DNA of 64,000 bases from Anthoceros angustus. Taxonomy: Eukaryota > Plantae > Anthocerotophyta. Below are positions 25,143 through 38,130 of the stretch, piece after piece (the first letter of the stretch is position 1; every line of letters starts with the position of its first letter). Location of the stretch: positions 124,001 through 188,000 of the forward strand of contig MU008205.1 of NCBI GenBank assembly GCA_010909165.1, written 5' to 3'. The notes beneath the pieces are model-generated. The model was not told the DNA's origin and did no database searches. It saw nothing but the letters and a program-made list of their open reading frames with translations. Position numbers and translations under genes: made by a program.

Positions 25143-25713
25143 CTATACAAAAATAATCATCATAAGTACAAACTACATACCATACCGGTTTAACTTACGA
25201 AACCATCATGCATCAATGACACATCATGCACATTTAAAAGGAACATGCATATACTAAATAAATATAAATATATATATTAATATTAAATATGATATACCTT
25301 GAATGTATCACGAAATAGTGGTTAGAAACTCAATATACATCTCAAATACTTAACCAAAGGGGTTAGAAACTCACGTCATATACGCTTGCCGGGTGAGTCT
25401 TCACTTGTGCTGGGTTTCTTCCGAACTTGCGCCTCCCTCCGCCTCGATATATTCCGTATATGCGCTCATGAATACGGACTTGATTCCCCGCATAGTCCTT
25501 TGCCCTTACAGTTTACAATTACATTTCTCAAAAGCATCGAACCATTGGTCGAGCACGCTTGCCACCTCCGGCATGATGAGTCACAAGAGTGTGTCCTTCC
25601 AATGCTGGATTTTGTGGCAAACAACGAAGAGACCAGATTGTGTAATCCTTGCCGCCCACACTAGAAAACCTAGCACACCACATACATATTAGACTAATTA
25701 TATCCACAGACAC

Positions 25714-26075
25714 ACACATAGCACAAATTCCGGAAGAATTGGGAAGAGTTGAGCACTACTTCCATCGAGACTTGACTCCACATAGCACAAATTCCAGAAA
25801 GAATTGGGGAGAATTGTTCTTTGCCATCGAGACTTGGTTGCACATAGCACAAATTCTAGAAAGAATTGGGGAGAATTGTCGCCATCGCATCGAGACTTGG
25901 TTGCACATAGCACAAATTCCGAAAAAATTGGGAAGAATTGAGTACTTCCATCGAGACTTGGCTCCACATAGCACAAATTCCAAAGAATTGGGGAGGATTA
26001 TGCTGCTATTGCCATCGAGACTTGGTTGCACATAGCAATTGGGAAGAATTGGGCTGCTACTCCCATCAAGACTTG
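25714..26075. repeat. Tandem repeat, ~6 x ~63 bp
   Basis: cacatagcacaaattcc..aagaattggg..gaatt....ccatcgagacttgg recurs at ~25715, 25778, 25842, 25904, 25966 and 26028. Confidence 0.9.
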
Positions 26076-26209
26076 GGCAACAGTCGACCTAAGAGGATAA
26101 TGGCCACTCACTCATTCGAGTCCTTTCTCCTTCATGGTGCTTGATTTGGCGAGATAGCGGCAATCCCGATCACCTACTTAGCAATCCGAGCCCGATCCAC
26201 GTGAGGCGA

Positions 26210-26490
26210 TCCCTTGCTTGGCGAGCCCCTCAAATCTGGCCCAATCCACCGAGGCGGTCACAGCAGCCCATGGTGAGCCCCGCTCGAACCCCGCCCAATC
26301 CAGTACAACGAGCTTGATCCCCACACTTGGCGAGCCTCACAGAGCCCAATTCCGCTTGGCGAGCCTCACGGTGAGCCCAATTTCTTTGCTTGGCGAGCCT
26401 CGTGAGCCCTTTCTTGGCGAGCCTCACGGCGAGCCCTTTCTTTGCTTGGCGAGCCTGCGGCGAGCCCAATTTCTTTGCTTGGTGAGCCAC
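26210..26490. repeat. Short degenerate repeat (cttggcgagcc.c / gagcccaatt)
   Basis: At least 7 copies of cttggcgagcc. Confidence 0.8.
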
Positions 26491-26579
26491 ACGCAGTGCA
26501 TATGTGCCTATTACCATGCGGATATGGTATACCATATATGGATACGGTATACCAATACGGTATATTTTTGAGCACATAT

Positions 26580-26661
26580 TACAACGTCAAAATGTGCTTT
26601 ACAACCTCATGCGTTGTAAAGCACGCGTTATGGACGTTGTAAATGACTTATTCTACTAGTG
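26580..26661 (-). mobile_element. CACTA terminus with subterminal motifs
   Basis: attacaacg..tttacaacc..cgttgtaaa..cgttgtaaatgacttattctactagtg. Confidence 0.8.
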
Positions 26662-27277
26662 AGCCATGTGTGCCACTATTGCGTATTCAAGCGTGTGTGT
26701 TCAAGCATCGTATCCAAGCATGTGTATACAAGCAAGCATACAGGATTGTAAATTGCATTTATAGGCGGGTTACATCCACGTGTCAAGTGGCATGGTATGA
26801 ATCCAACATGTGGACTTTCTAATATGGATTTAGGCTACCCACCGCGCTCGAGCACTCACACGCGGCCCTGTAGCTAGCAGCATGGCAATCCATCGCTACC
26901 TCTCGCCAAGCTTGAACTTGCTTCACCGTCATCCAAGCGATAGCACGCCTCGTAATGAAGACCGGGAGGCGCAAGTATGGTTGTGCAATGGCCACGAGCA
27001 CACCAAGAGAACCAAGCGAAGCAAGGAAAGCGAAACCAAAGCGTGCCTCCAAGCCATGCGGAGGAAGGAGAAAGTTGGGATGAGCGCCACACCATCGAGC
27101 ATACGTGCTTGCGGATCTGAGTCCGTCAGCCGTCGGCCTCGGGAGTAAGCCATCGGCCGATCACTGCGGAGGAGAAAGCGGCAATGCTGCGGACGTCGGA
27201 GATGAAGCGCGTCTCTTGGGTCCACTCAAGGAGGCCGAGACTACTTCAAAGGGTGAAGGCGGAAGGAAGATTCATAA

Positions 27278-28232
27278 CAATGTCACTAACAAGCCATTAG
27301 GTTATTGTGATGCTTGTTTTGCGATCGAGTAGAAGAAATGGCGACACACATGTGATGCAGTTGATTATCTCATTCAACATAACGTGACACTTTGAAATCG
27401 AAAACCCATGAACCGTGTCGTGAATCATCTCGTGGATTAGGAACACGCTTATTACACAATGCAACAATAAGCGACACCCATATCCCAAAGGCTCCTTGCC
27501 AGACTGCCCATGACGGTCCCACGCTACACACAATTCCTTCACAACATCTCCAAGCTTTTGCCATGCCACAGAGACTCCAAGGCGATTCTTGAGACTTCCC
27601 TCTCCTTTGCTTCCCTCTCCAATGCTTCCTTGAGCTCCCTAAAATGTTCACGTTCCTCCACCAAACTCCATCCAAAACCTCAAATATATTCATGGCGGTG
27701 GCCTCGCGAAAATGACTCGTAGGACATCCCCCTCGGCGAGGGAGATTGACAAATTCACAATGTCCTTAACAAGCCATTAGGTTATTGTGATGCTTGTTTT
27801 GCGTCGAGTAGAAGAAATGGCGACACATGTGATGCAGTTGATTATCTCATTCAACATAACGTGACACTTTGAAATCGAAAACCCATGAACCGTGTCGTGA
27901 ATCATCTCGTGGATTAGGAACACGCTTATTACACAATGCAACAATAAGCGACACCCATATCCCAAAGGCTCCTTGCCAGACTCGCCCCACGGTCCCACAC
28001 AATTCCTTCACAACATCTCCAAGCTTTTGCCATGCCACAGCCGAGACTCCAAGGCGATTCTTGAGACTTCCCTCTCCTTTGCTTCCCTCTCCAATGCTTC
28101 CTTGAGCTCCCTAAAATGTTCACGTTCCTCCAAACTCCATCCAAAACTCAAATATATTCAGCGGTGGCCTCGAAAATGACTCGTAGGACATCCCCTCATC
28201 GACGAGGGAGATTGACAAATTCATCAATGTCC
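27278..28232. repeat. Tandem duplication, 2 x ~480 bp, within a decayed minus-strand coiled-coil ORF
   Basis: caatgtc..taacaagccattaggttattgtgatgcttgttttgcg starts at ~27278 and ~27758. The minus frame includes EHFRELKEALEREAKEREVSRIALESL. Confidence 0.9.
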
Positions 28233-30389
28233 ACCTCGTCGTATGAGGCAAGGGAAGGTGGAGAAGCGCACTATTAAAGTCCGTATCTCGGTCTCAAAGC
28301 GCCTTCGATCTGCGAGTAATCCGTCAAGCACACTATGACTCTCATGCTCGGTTGGAACTTCGTAGGCGACCTCTTGCGAGCAAGTCCTCCTAGTAACCTC
28401 CATCGCCGGGTCCTCTAATGATGCAAACCAGCCCTCTAAGAAGTCACGACGTCTCATGCTCATCTTCGCCATCCACTTGATCGGCAACCTCCATCGCTAG
28501 GTCCTTTTCTGCAAACCAGCCGTTGCAAAGAAGTCATGGACATCTTGTGCTCATCTTCATCGTCCACTTGATCGGCAGACACGGAGATTGCGGCAGGCTC
28601 GGGGATGGCCTGCAACCCTTGGCGCTTGCGGGCGAGTTGGAGCGGGCTTGTCTCATCACGCTGCGTCTCGAGGCCGCGGCTCATCTCATCACACTTAACC
28701 TCGAGGGCGCTCTCCAACACACGCAGTGTGCCTCCCACGTGTGCCTCCCACAATAGCACACGTCGATTAGTTTCAAAATGTTTGCCTTGCCGTCTTGTGC
28801 TTCCCAAGGTGACGGACGTCTCAAGACACGAGCTTTACAACGCAAAAAAATCTGCTTTACAACATATTACGCTGTAAACTTCTGTTATAAACCTCAATAA
28901 CAAAACCTTACCCATTATGTTCAAGACTTGACACGAGCTGCCACATGCTCTTGTTATGCGAGGATTGGGCCGAAGGCAGACATGAAACATCTAGAAAAGT
29001 GTTTGATTGGCTGGACAAATACCGACGAATCCATCCTGAAACAAAATCTTTGGCAGGCACACAAAAGGCGCTACATTTGTAGTTTGCATTTCAAATCAGG
29101 CAGTTTCATGCCTCAATTCACATGTCTTGATGGCCGAAACAAACACATGCTTTGAGGTGGATTATGAACCTACAAAATGGTGCATTTCCGATAAACCAAA
29201 ATGAGGGCATGATAACCCAAGTCTCGTGACAACATGAGGACACGCATTAGTCAGGACTCGCTTGACTCAACGGATCCAGAGTCAATCTGTCTCTCCAGCC
29301 TCTCCCTACTTGGGTGGGTAACACATGTGACAGGTCCACATCATCATGTCCATATCGTGTCGAAACATACTCCACATTGTTACAAAATGGGAAGCTGTGT
29401 TTCTCAATCTCGGCCTTTGTTTTGTGTCGATTGTAAAGCTCCATGGCACCTAAGGAAACACATAGATCGGAAAAGTGAGATCTTCCTAAAAGGAGTCAAA
29501 GTAAATAAGATACACGGCACTTACGATAGAAAGAGATGATCACACCCGCGACGGTAGGTCTCCCAATCCATTCGATTCATCCAGATCGGTTTCTTCAGTA
29601 AGCCCTTGGAGATCCCGGGTCCTCAAGGCTCCGATGGTGATTATAGCCTGCGGTTGGAGATCCCTTGGGCAAAAATGGCCAAAGAGGCAAGGATTACTTC
29701 CATCTTGCGGTGGAGGGATGTCTCTCCTCCTTTCGAGCACAAAAGGACGCATAGTCACGAATCCTTATTACAGCTCTCAAAGGCACAACAATTCCTGGAC
29801 TCATAAACCCGGCCTCAAGTCCTTGCACCACTTGAGCTTGAGCCTCGGTGAAATGTTTTCCTTGTTCCTCCGGTGCTTCTTTTCCTCCAGTGCTGCACCA
29901 AGTACATGCATTTTAGGTGTGCATTGCTGGGCATTTCGCCACCGCAAAGCCCATCTCCGCATGTGCTTATTCTCCATACTCTCCGTCCCCTTCCGCTTGC
30001 ATTGTGAGAGTTGCTCGTTCAAGAGGACATGGGGCTCTTGAAATTCTCCTCCGGCATTTGGGTGCACTGCAGTGCTCACTCGTGTCGCCTCGTGAGACGG
30101 AATCGGGCACTCGCCATGCTCACTGGTGCAAGTCGCCACAACAACCGAAATAGCTTGTGCAAGTGATTGGCACGGCGTGCAATCGCCTTAGGAACAAGAA
30201 TCGGCAAAGCAGTGCACAAGTTGGTGCAAGTCGATAGCACATGTCGCACAAGTGGCGAGCTCGTGCAACGTTAACTCGACTGTTCGTGAGAATTGAGAGG
30301 GTTGTGCTTTCCGCCCAAACTTTAAAATGGCGAAAGAATGCCCATGGTAGCGCGATGAGATGATGGGATGGGTGTGAGGATGGGATCGT

Positions 30390-31640
30390 GAATCCATAAT
30401 GAAGCCCGCGTTCCGCTCAATTTTGTTATAATGATAACAAAAGACGTCATTAAGCCCATGTGCCAAGCTAGTATACGGACCCAGTTCGAATCTATATGGT
30501 AGCCAAGGCCGCGAACAATAAAATATTGGCACCGCTATGAAGCGCTACCAAGCCGAAACCGGGCATGTTGGCAAGACGGATCACCAACTTGGTGTAGCCT
30601 CTTGTGGGCATGATGTACATTTGGACTTGCGATGAGCTTCGACACTATGTTGTAACTTCACTTACTCTCAACTTACAACATCCAAAGTAGCAACCAAGGC
30701 ACTTTGAAAGCTACATGATATTTTAAATTCATCTATGGAAGTCGGTCCCCATCCGGTCGATCCGCCCTCCGGCGCAAGTAATGGGGTGTAAGCTACATTA
30801 TATTTTAATTTCATGGAGGAAGTCGGTCCCCATCCAGTCTTGATCCGCCCTCGACTTAAGCGCAAGTAATGGGGTGTGAAATCTACATGATATGTTATAT
30901 TCATCAAGGGAGGTAGGTCCCTCATCCGTCGATCCACCCTCCCGCTTAACTGCAAGTAATGGGGTGTGAAAGCTACATGATACTTTAAATTCATCAAGGG
31001 AAGTCAGTCCCTCATCCAAGTACTGATCCATCCTCCTGGCTTAATTGCAAGTAATGGGGTGTGAAAGCTACATGATATTCTAAATTCATCAAGGGAAGTC
31101 GGTCCCCATCCAGTCGATCCACCATCCCGGCTTAACCGCAACGGATTTGGAAGAGCGACGGGCATTGATGAGGCTTATTAGGTGAATGAGGATGCAAAAG
31201 CGCAAGAAGTATACTCCCGTAGTGCCCCATCCATAGTAGTACCGAGGCAAAAGATTGAGGGGTCCACACATAAATATATGTCATTATGAAGTTCATCATG
31301 ATGCTCGAGGCCCAAGGCTTCCTTTTCTTGGTAATGAAGGTAGCGTCTAATGGGGTTGATATTAGAACATGAGCATACTCGTGATCCGCGAGCCATTGTG
31401 AGCATCGTTTGCATCATTTTGGCGCAAAACGCTCTGAGCCTATGCAACCGGATAATCCTGGTTAGCATTCTTCTCGGGTGGAGCGCCATTCTTTGTAGAG
31501 ATAATTCACCTTATTCACCGCTTGTCTGCGAGTGCTCCTTACATTAATGCACCCTTGGCCTTGAGCTCATTAATGTACGCTTTCTCGTGAGCTCACGCCC
31601 GGCCCATACCCACAATATTGAGGCTGCCTATAGTCCCGGT
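30390..31640 (-). repeat. Unclassified repeat family X, copy 1 (inverted), including 5 x ~90 bp tandem units (30700-31140)
   Basis: Unit gcaagtaatggggtgtgaaagctacatgatat.ttaaattcatcaaggga.gtcggtccccatcc.gtcgatcc.ccctc. The reverse complement aligns to 38500-39470. Confidence 0.85.
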
Positions 31641-32292
31641 CGAGATCATCCGAGGCTCGAGGCTACACCGTACCATCATCATGCGTGCGGCTTGGCTTTC
31701 CGACCTCACCGGCGCAATGGGCTCATTCGATTGGAATTGCAAACCTAGTTGTATTGGGCAATAGAGACTATGTCGTATTTGATTGAAATTGCATACGCGA
31801 AAGATCTGATTGAAAGAGCAAGAACCGGCTCGTCTTGCAAGTGTGCCTAAAGAAAACACATTCTGGACAAAAGAAGCCGATGTCCAGACCAATCTATGGT
31901 CTTACTAGGACACATGATTCAAAAGAACTCGTGAAACATGTCGAAAAGTGTAAGGCATACACAAGGCACCTTTCATGCAATAAACCGGATCCACCAAGGC
32001 GTATCTCTTGTTCGCTCCAAGGCGAGTCGCTCCACGGTTCATGCAGGGATCAAAAGCGCATTACGGTGCGCGCGCACCTGACGGATGCATTCCATGTCGT
32101 CCCAATACATCTCACTAACTTGAGAAGAGTCTTGACCTGGTCACAAATCCGTCTTTGAGTTTCACGCGCATGAACGCCTCTGCCTTGCCAAGCGAGCTCG
32201 GAGGTGTAAAAGGCATTCCCATAGCCACAAAAGTCGAGGGCAGCACAATCTTGGACAACGATCACGTGAGGGTTGTGAAGCTCCTTGCTGGC

Positions 32293-33414
32293 TGAGAAGT
32301 TCATAAGGCTCTATGCCGGTCCTTCACACTCTCATAGTGGTGTGGGTTGGCTATGTGTCGGCTTAATGGTAACAGCCTAGCAAAATGAATTGAATGTGGA
32401 TGGTATCAATGCTCATTTTTATTGTTCTTTGATCATTTTCCTTGGTTGTGTGTAGAAGGATTTGGTAGGTCCCTACGGTGGTAGGTGTGTCACATCACGG
32501 AGAAGGTGAGACCTCAAGCTTCCTTGGGTTATAGCTAGTGAGGTCGGGCAAGCCGTTCAGTGACCACCATTCATTCTTGGATGGTGCGGTGTAGCCCTCA
32601 GCCTCGGTGATCTCGACCGGGACTAAGGCGGCCTCGATTGTGGGTATGGGCCCGAGGTGGATGTATGAGCTCACAAGCAAGAGTACATTAATGAGCTCAA
32701 GGTCAAGGGTGCATTAATGTAGGCAACTTTGTTGCTGCATGAAGTTTGAACTTGCAAACACGGCGACGGTGAATATCTCTACAAAGAATGGTATCGCTCC
32801 AGGAGAATGCTAACCATGCGTCATAGCACCGCAGCTCATGACCTTTTGCATTTTCGCCAAATTGATGTAAACCGGATGCTCACAATTGCTTGCGGCTCAC
32901 GGTGTGCGCCGGGCATCACGCGACAGGCTACACCAAGTTGGTGACCGGTCTTGCCGCATGCCCGAGTTGTGTGGCTTAGCGCTTGGTGGCGGTGCCTATA
33001 TTTTATTGTTCTCCGGTCCTAGGCCACATAGATTCGATACTTGGGTCATCAATTGGCTTGGCACATGGCTTTGGCGTTTTGCTATCATTATTATAGAATT
33101 GAGCGAAAGCGGGCTTCATCATGGATTCATGTCATGCGCTATGGAGCGTGGAGCGAGTCCCGTATCGCTATCCGGATGGGGGATCGACTTTTGGTGAGGA
33201 AGGAGAAGTCTTCCGGTGAGGTATCATGGAGATTTCCCCCATTGCTTGTAGTTAAGCCGGAATGGGGGCTTGCATTTTCCTTTCCAAAGCATTTTTCATT
33301 TGTAATTTTCATTTCATGTTGTAAGTTAAGTTACAACGTTGTATTGGGTTCTGAGGCTCCTGCAATTGGGGAGTGAGAAGTTCATAGCGCTCTATGCCGG
33401 TCCTTCGCACTCTC
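32293..33414 (+). repeat. Family X copy 2, bracketed by ~41-bp direct repeats
   Basis: tgagaagttcata..gctctatgccggtccttc.cactctc occurs at 32293-32333 and 33374-33414. The interior (32640-33230) matches 38510-38700 and 39280-39470. Confidence 0.75.
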
Positions 33415-36400
33415 GAATAATGGACATGGTTCACTTTAATCCTATTCCAAGCAAAATATTACACAAGAGGAGGCTGAGAGCTGAAGCTTGGTTGGGGCAA
33501 GGCCATTGAGGTTGGACAAGCCGCAAGCTGCAGTACGGCGACAATTCATTCGTAAAGTCGCGGCCTCGTCTGGGGCCTCGACGCGCTATCTCGATTTTTT
33601 TTCGGGGGGGAGGGGGTACATTTCTAGAGAGAGAATTGACCATTTGGTCATTATTTTTACTCAATGTAGTAAAATCTATTACAATAAAGTAGAAAACATG
33701 GCATGGCGGTGAAATGCATCCACCATAAATGTTGAAACCGAGGCGGCGGTGAGAAGAAATAGACACCAAGTGAATACGGTACATCTAGATAGAAGCTCAT
33801 TCTAGAAATCCCACCTGCCTTGGACTCAAAAACCTTCGCATGAATTTAATGTAACCCGGCACATTATGTAGTATAAAAGAACCATGAGAATCCAGGAGAA
33901 TGTGACCAAGTTCACAACACAACGAAGAGCTTAACCACATACCTTAGACAAGAACCGAAGGTAGCCCAAACCTTTGCATAGGCGGTGTTGAGCGATGATG
34001 TTAGTTAGCGTAAAACAAAAGACTATCATAAAACAAGCCGGACAAGAATCGACAATAAACTACAATTGTTCACTTTTCTTGATTTGCACAAACATTTGAA
34101 GACCCCATCCGTGTTGCTGGATAACTTCTAGCGACAATTACTACTGCTCGCAAAAACAGAACAATTAGAGCAGACGGTCAAAACATGAAACAATGACGTA
34201 ATGCTAACGACCACATACATGAGAGCATCTCGGAGAATACAACGCATGAAAGGCAGTATACTTGACAAAATCAAGTGAAATTGCAAGGAAAAGCAGGCTG
34301 AGCAACCTTTGCGCAGGAGGCATACTTGGGCAACAAGCGACCAGCAAAAAAACTTAAATTGTGAAAAAAACAGAGAACACAGTTGAAATACTTATCGATC
34401 CTGGGTTACAGCCTGATGTATTTCCCCTATTACGTCCCAACCTAAACCAACAACTTGTCTGCATCAAAACACAAGCATATAGTCAGGAGCAGAAGAGAAG
34501 CCCTTGCAGTAAACGCAAGCAACGACCCGCACGATATACAATAAAAGATGAAACCAGCACGCTGTCAAAGATTGGAACATACATTGACATAAGGTACCTT
34601 AAAAAAATACATACAATCATTCAAACGAGTTGGAGTAAAACCTAACTGCATGAAAGAATACAACACACAGCACAGAGCAGCAGTGTAAGCGACCACGAAA
34701 CCAAAAAACTCAAGAAGGACACACATACAGAAAACTTACAACAAGCAACGCAAAAACAGCAACCAAATTGCTGGTTGGAAGGGGGGTAAGAGAATCCAGA
34801 ATACACAACATGCAGATAGTGTTCAACTAAATGCTACAATCGCAAGGTCTTAAGCAACTCATCGAAAGGATCGACTGCGCTGCATGAAGTGTCGGTCTTG
34901 AAAAAGCAAGCAGATGGCCGCCTTGATATGGAAGAAAGCTTGAGATCGGAAGGCCGCGAGAAAGGCAGGATCGACAAACTACATGAAGAAACAAGCAAGA
35001 ACTTCACAGCATACAAAGTGATAGGCCAGGAAACAACTAGCAAGGCCTAAACAAGCGGATACAACAAGAATACCTTTGTCTAGCCCCGAAAGTTTACAAT
35101 ACAGGCCGCGATGCACACAAAGACCGATAAGCGGGCACCGAAAGCACTACTGCCATAGCAAACAGACAGTGCACCAAACAAAGACAAACAACAGCGAAAC
35201 TTTGAGCGTATAACTGACCAAAACTAAACACAACCAAAGGCGACATGAAACCAACACTGCAGGTTTCAAGCAAAAGCAGCCTTAACCTTTAAGGCTAACA
35301 AAGACCTTGGCCTTCGGTGCCGAAAAACAAACTGGCCTCCGGACAAAGAACCACCCTTGACCTTCAAAGAAGGAAAACGAGTTGCCCCCCTTACCTAAAG
35401 ACCCCTTGGCCTTCGGAAGACCCTTCGGAACAGAAACAAAACGACCTTGCCCTTCGAAATAGACTTAAGGAAGACCTTGGCCTTCGAACAAAGGCTGCAA
35501 GGCCTTGGCCTTCAGAACAGAGCCTAAAACCTTGACAAACAAAAAGACTGAACAAAGGCCTTGAGACTCGGAGCAAAGCCTGGAAGCAACTACAACTCCG
35601 AGAAACAGCTTGCAAAAAGACCGTGGGCTTTGGAGAAGCCGTTTATATAGGCCACCAAACCCTAGACAATCTCCCTCTGTCGGCGCCGCCATTATCTCTC
35701 TATCGAAGCTCATTTGAATTCACCGAACCTAGTTTTCCGAGCCGGATTCCAACCCTATAGAGATTCGCCATTCGCTGCCGCCGCCGCCTGCTCACCCAAA
35801 CCTAATTTCCTTGTTCCAAACCTAGCTTACCGGCACCAAACCTTGTCTCCGAACCCCGAAGCAGCGGGGCGTGAGACGAAGCTGCCGTCCAAACACAGCC
35901 TGCCACACACACACCTTAGTCGAACCATCTGGAAACCTAATTTTCCAGTACTTAAACAAGTTGCATCCTAGTTTATGCGCATTACTGCCCATCACGCCGC
36001 CAGGCTCCCCCTCCACCTTCTTGTTGCTATCTTCGCGGAGCTTTAGCGCTCGATCGAGGTCCTTGCTCGGCGTTCTGGACCTCGCCGAAGCATCTGCCGC
36101 TCAACGGACGTCCTGGCGCTCGACGTTCTCCTGCTTAGCGGAAGCTCGGGCGCAACGCGGAGGTTTTGGAGCTTTTGGGCAGAGGTTCTGGCTCCGTGGA
36201 GGTGCTGGGTGTGGCGGAGGTTTTCCCGCTCAACGTAGGTTCTTGCGAAGGTGCGTCCCTTGGAGTTTCTGCCAGAAGACTCATCCACACAGACTGGCTG
36301 GAGTCCTTGGAGAGTGCCCAACCCTCCACATCTGCGATCAGCCAGGTACTGCCCACCACGCTAGCACTTGCTGCGGATGGGTTTTCCTTCATCTAGATTT

Positions 36401-37959
36401 TTAGACATCAGCCAACCTCGACATCGCCGACATCTTTTTTGCTTTTCGGTGGGCCCACCTCTTGCGCTCGGCGCTCCTTACGCGACCAGCGCCAGCCAGT
36501 CGCACCTAGCATCAGGTTCTCTCTTCATGCAAGCTTAGCGAGGAGGCAGTACTACCCACGAGATCAACCCCTTCTCTCTCGCGGAGTGCGAAGGTAAAGA
36601 GTTGTGGTTTTTGCGGTGAGTCTTTTGCTCTGAGTGTGTTCTTTTCTAAGTGAGAAACGCGTTGCACATCACTTGCTCAGTCTCCCGGTCTACACAAAAT
36701 AAGAGTGTTAGGAGGAGTGTTTGTCAAATTCGTGAGAGTTCGAGGTCAGCTCGTCACAACTTTGAGCTATGAGGCCCAAATTGTCTCCATTGAGGGCCCT
36801 TGCCCTCCATTGGCTTGCATCCAAAGAGCGCCCTTGGGATTGTGGGCAATCATCGTATTATTGTAAGCTCCTCAACGCGGAGCTGCTTTTGTTGCTTGCT
36901 AACATTCCCTTTCCTTCCCCTCCACTCACATTGTTGCACTTTGCAGACATCGCGGTTATGATTTCATGAGGCTTCAAAGCGTCGGGCGATTATCGGTTGC
37001 AATGTCTTGCAAGGACACCCATTTATTTGGCACGTGTTGACAATGGCACCTATGGCGCAATGCAATCTGGATTTAATCCAATTTCCGGGCTATTTTCACT
37101 TACCACATGGTGTCGAGTCGGAGCCAAGGACATCACTTGTTGGCATTGCATTCTCTCCCGCTTAGTGGTACACTGCTGACTGCTCCTCCTCTGCCTGCTG
37201 CTGCACATACCTTTCGTCTGGCTCTGCTGCCGTCTCCTCGATCGATTGTTCTGCGTTGCACGGTGCATCTCTGCTCTTGCTCTTCTGATGTGCTACTGTT
37301 GAGGAGGCTGCGGGCACAGGCCTTTTGCAATTGCTGCCCAGGCTGCCGGTGTCTTCCGGACATCTGGTCGCCCTCTGCTCAATTTCTTGCTTTTGCTTGT
37401 GTCTTTGGATTACGGGTTGCTTGTGTTTCTTCCACTGTTGCAATTCTTCACCTCTTGTCTGATTCTACAGTTCGAGCCAGGTCGTGTTTTTTACATGGTG
37501 TTTAGTAGTTATAATTTGTCTCTTCTGTCTTGCTCGCGGTCCTCTGCTGGGTAGGGAGGGCATCTTTGATCGAGGGGAAGGAGGAGATTCGTGGGAGGTT
37601 GGGTTTTGCATTGCGCTTCCTGCAGGTTTTATCGGGCTCATGGATTTGTCCTCCTCCTCCTCAAATCATACTTAAGCCCTTGCTCGGGAATCGTGACATC
37701 TTGGCACAGACTCGGCGTCTGCAATGCAGGCTGCTGCCAACCCCATCGAGATAGGCGATGGGCGGACTGGGCGTGGCGTGGGACACAGGATTGACTGGTG
37801 CGTGCATTTCTCAGCTGTTGATTTGGCTTTGTTGGTAGGTGGTGGCGGGGGCGGCTCGGTTAGGAGGTTAGAGCCGGGCGGAAGAGGTCTCACGAAGGTG
37901 GAATTGATCACACGAGAAAGAAATTAAGACTTGCGATTTGAGTGTGGCGCCTTTGTTGC

Positions 37960-38130
37960 AGACTAGTTGAAGTGTATACCCCATCCACCCCGGTAGAATA
38001 TGCTTAGGATCTTCAACATAGCGGGGAACTGTGAAAATACTCTAGACTAGTTGAAGTGTATACCCCATCCACCCCGGTAGAATATGCTCAGGATCTTCAA
38101 CATAGCCGGGAACTGTGAAAATACTCTAGA
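37960..38130. repeat. Near-perfect tandem duplication, 2 x ~84 bp
   Basis: gactagttgaagtgtataccccatccaccccggtagaatatgct.aggatcttcaacatagc.gggaactgtgaaaatactcta starts at 37961 and 38045. Confidence 0.95.

Larger units (their letters stand above)
9212..26661 (-). mobile_element. CACTA/EnSpm-type DNA transposon region (possibly a chimera of two family members) with nested insertions and duplications
   Basis: Left terminus CACTACTAG at 9212; right terminus CTACTAGTG ending at 26661 (reverse complement CACTAGTAG). Both ends carry TTTACAACG/CGTTGTAAA subterminal motifs and flank a TnpD-type transposase. The 3-bp flanks differ (tct vs agc), so no TSD is seen. Confidence 0.75.

Noticed and set aside
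25714-26075. Regularly spaced ~63-bp repeats resembling a CRISPR array
   Set aside because: The whole unit is repeated with no unique spacers, the context is eukaryotic and there are no cas genes. It is a minisatellite.
28838-28890. TTTACAAC motifs suggesting another CACTA end
   Set aside because: There is no adjacent CACTA/TAGTG terminus; at most an eroded remnant.
31850-31975. Possible gypsy integrase zinc-finger remnant (H..G...YW..KELVK..EKC)
   Set aside because: It needs several corrections, and no DDE core or other pol motif lies nearby.
32787-32798. TGGTATC resembling a tRNA-Met primer-binding site (also at ~38647)
   Set aside because: Only 7 bp match and it is not preceded by an LTR-ending CA.
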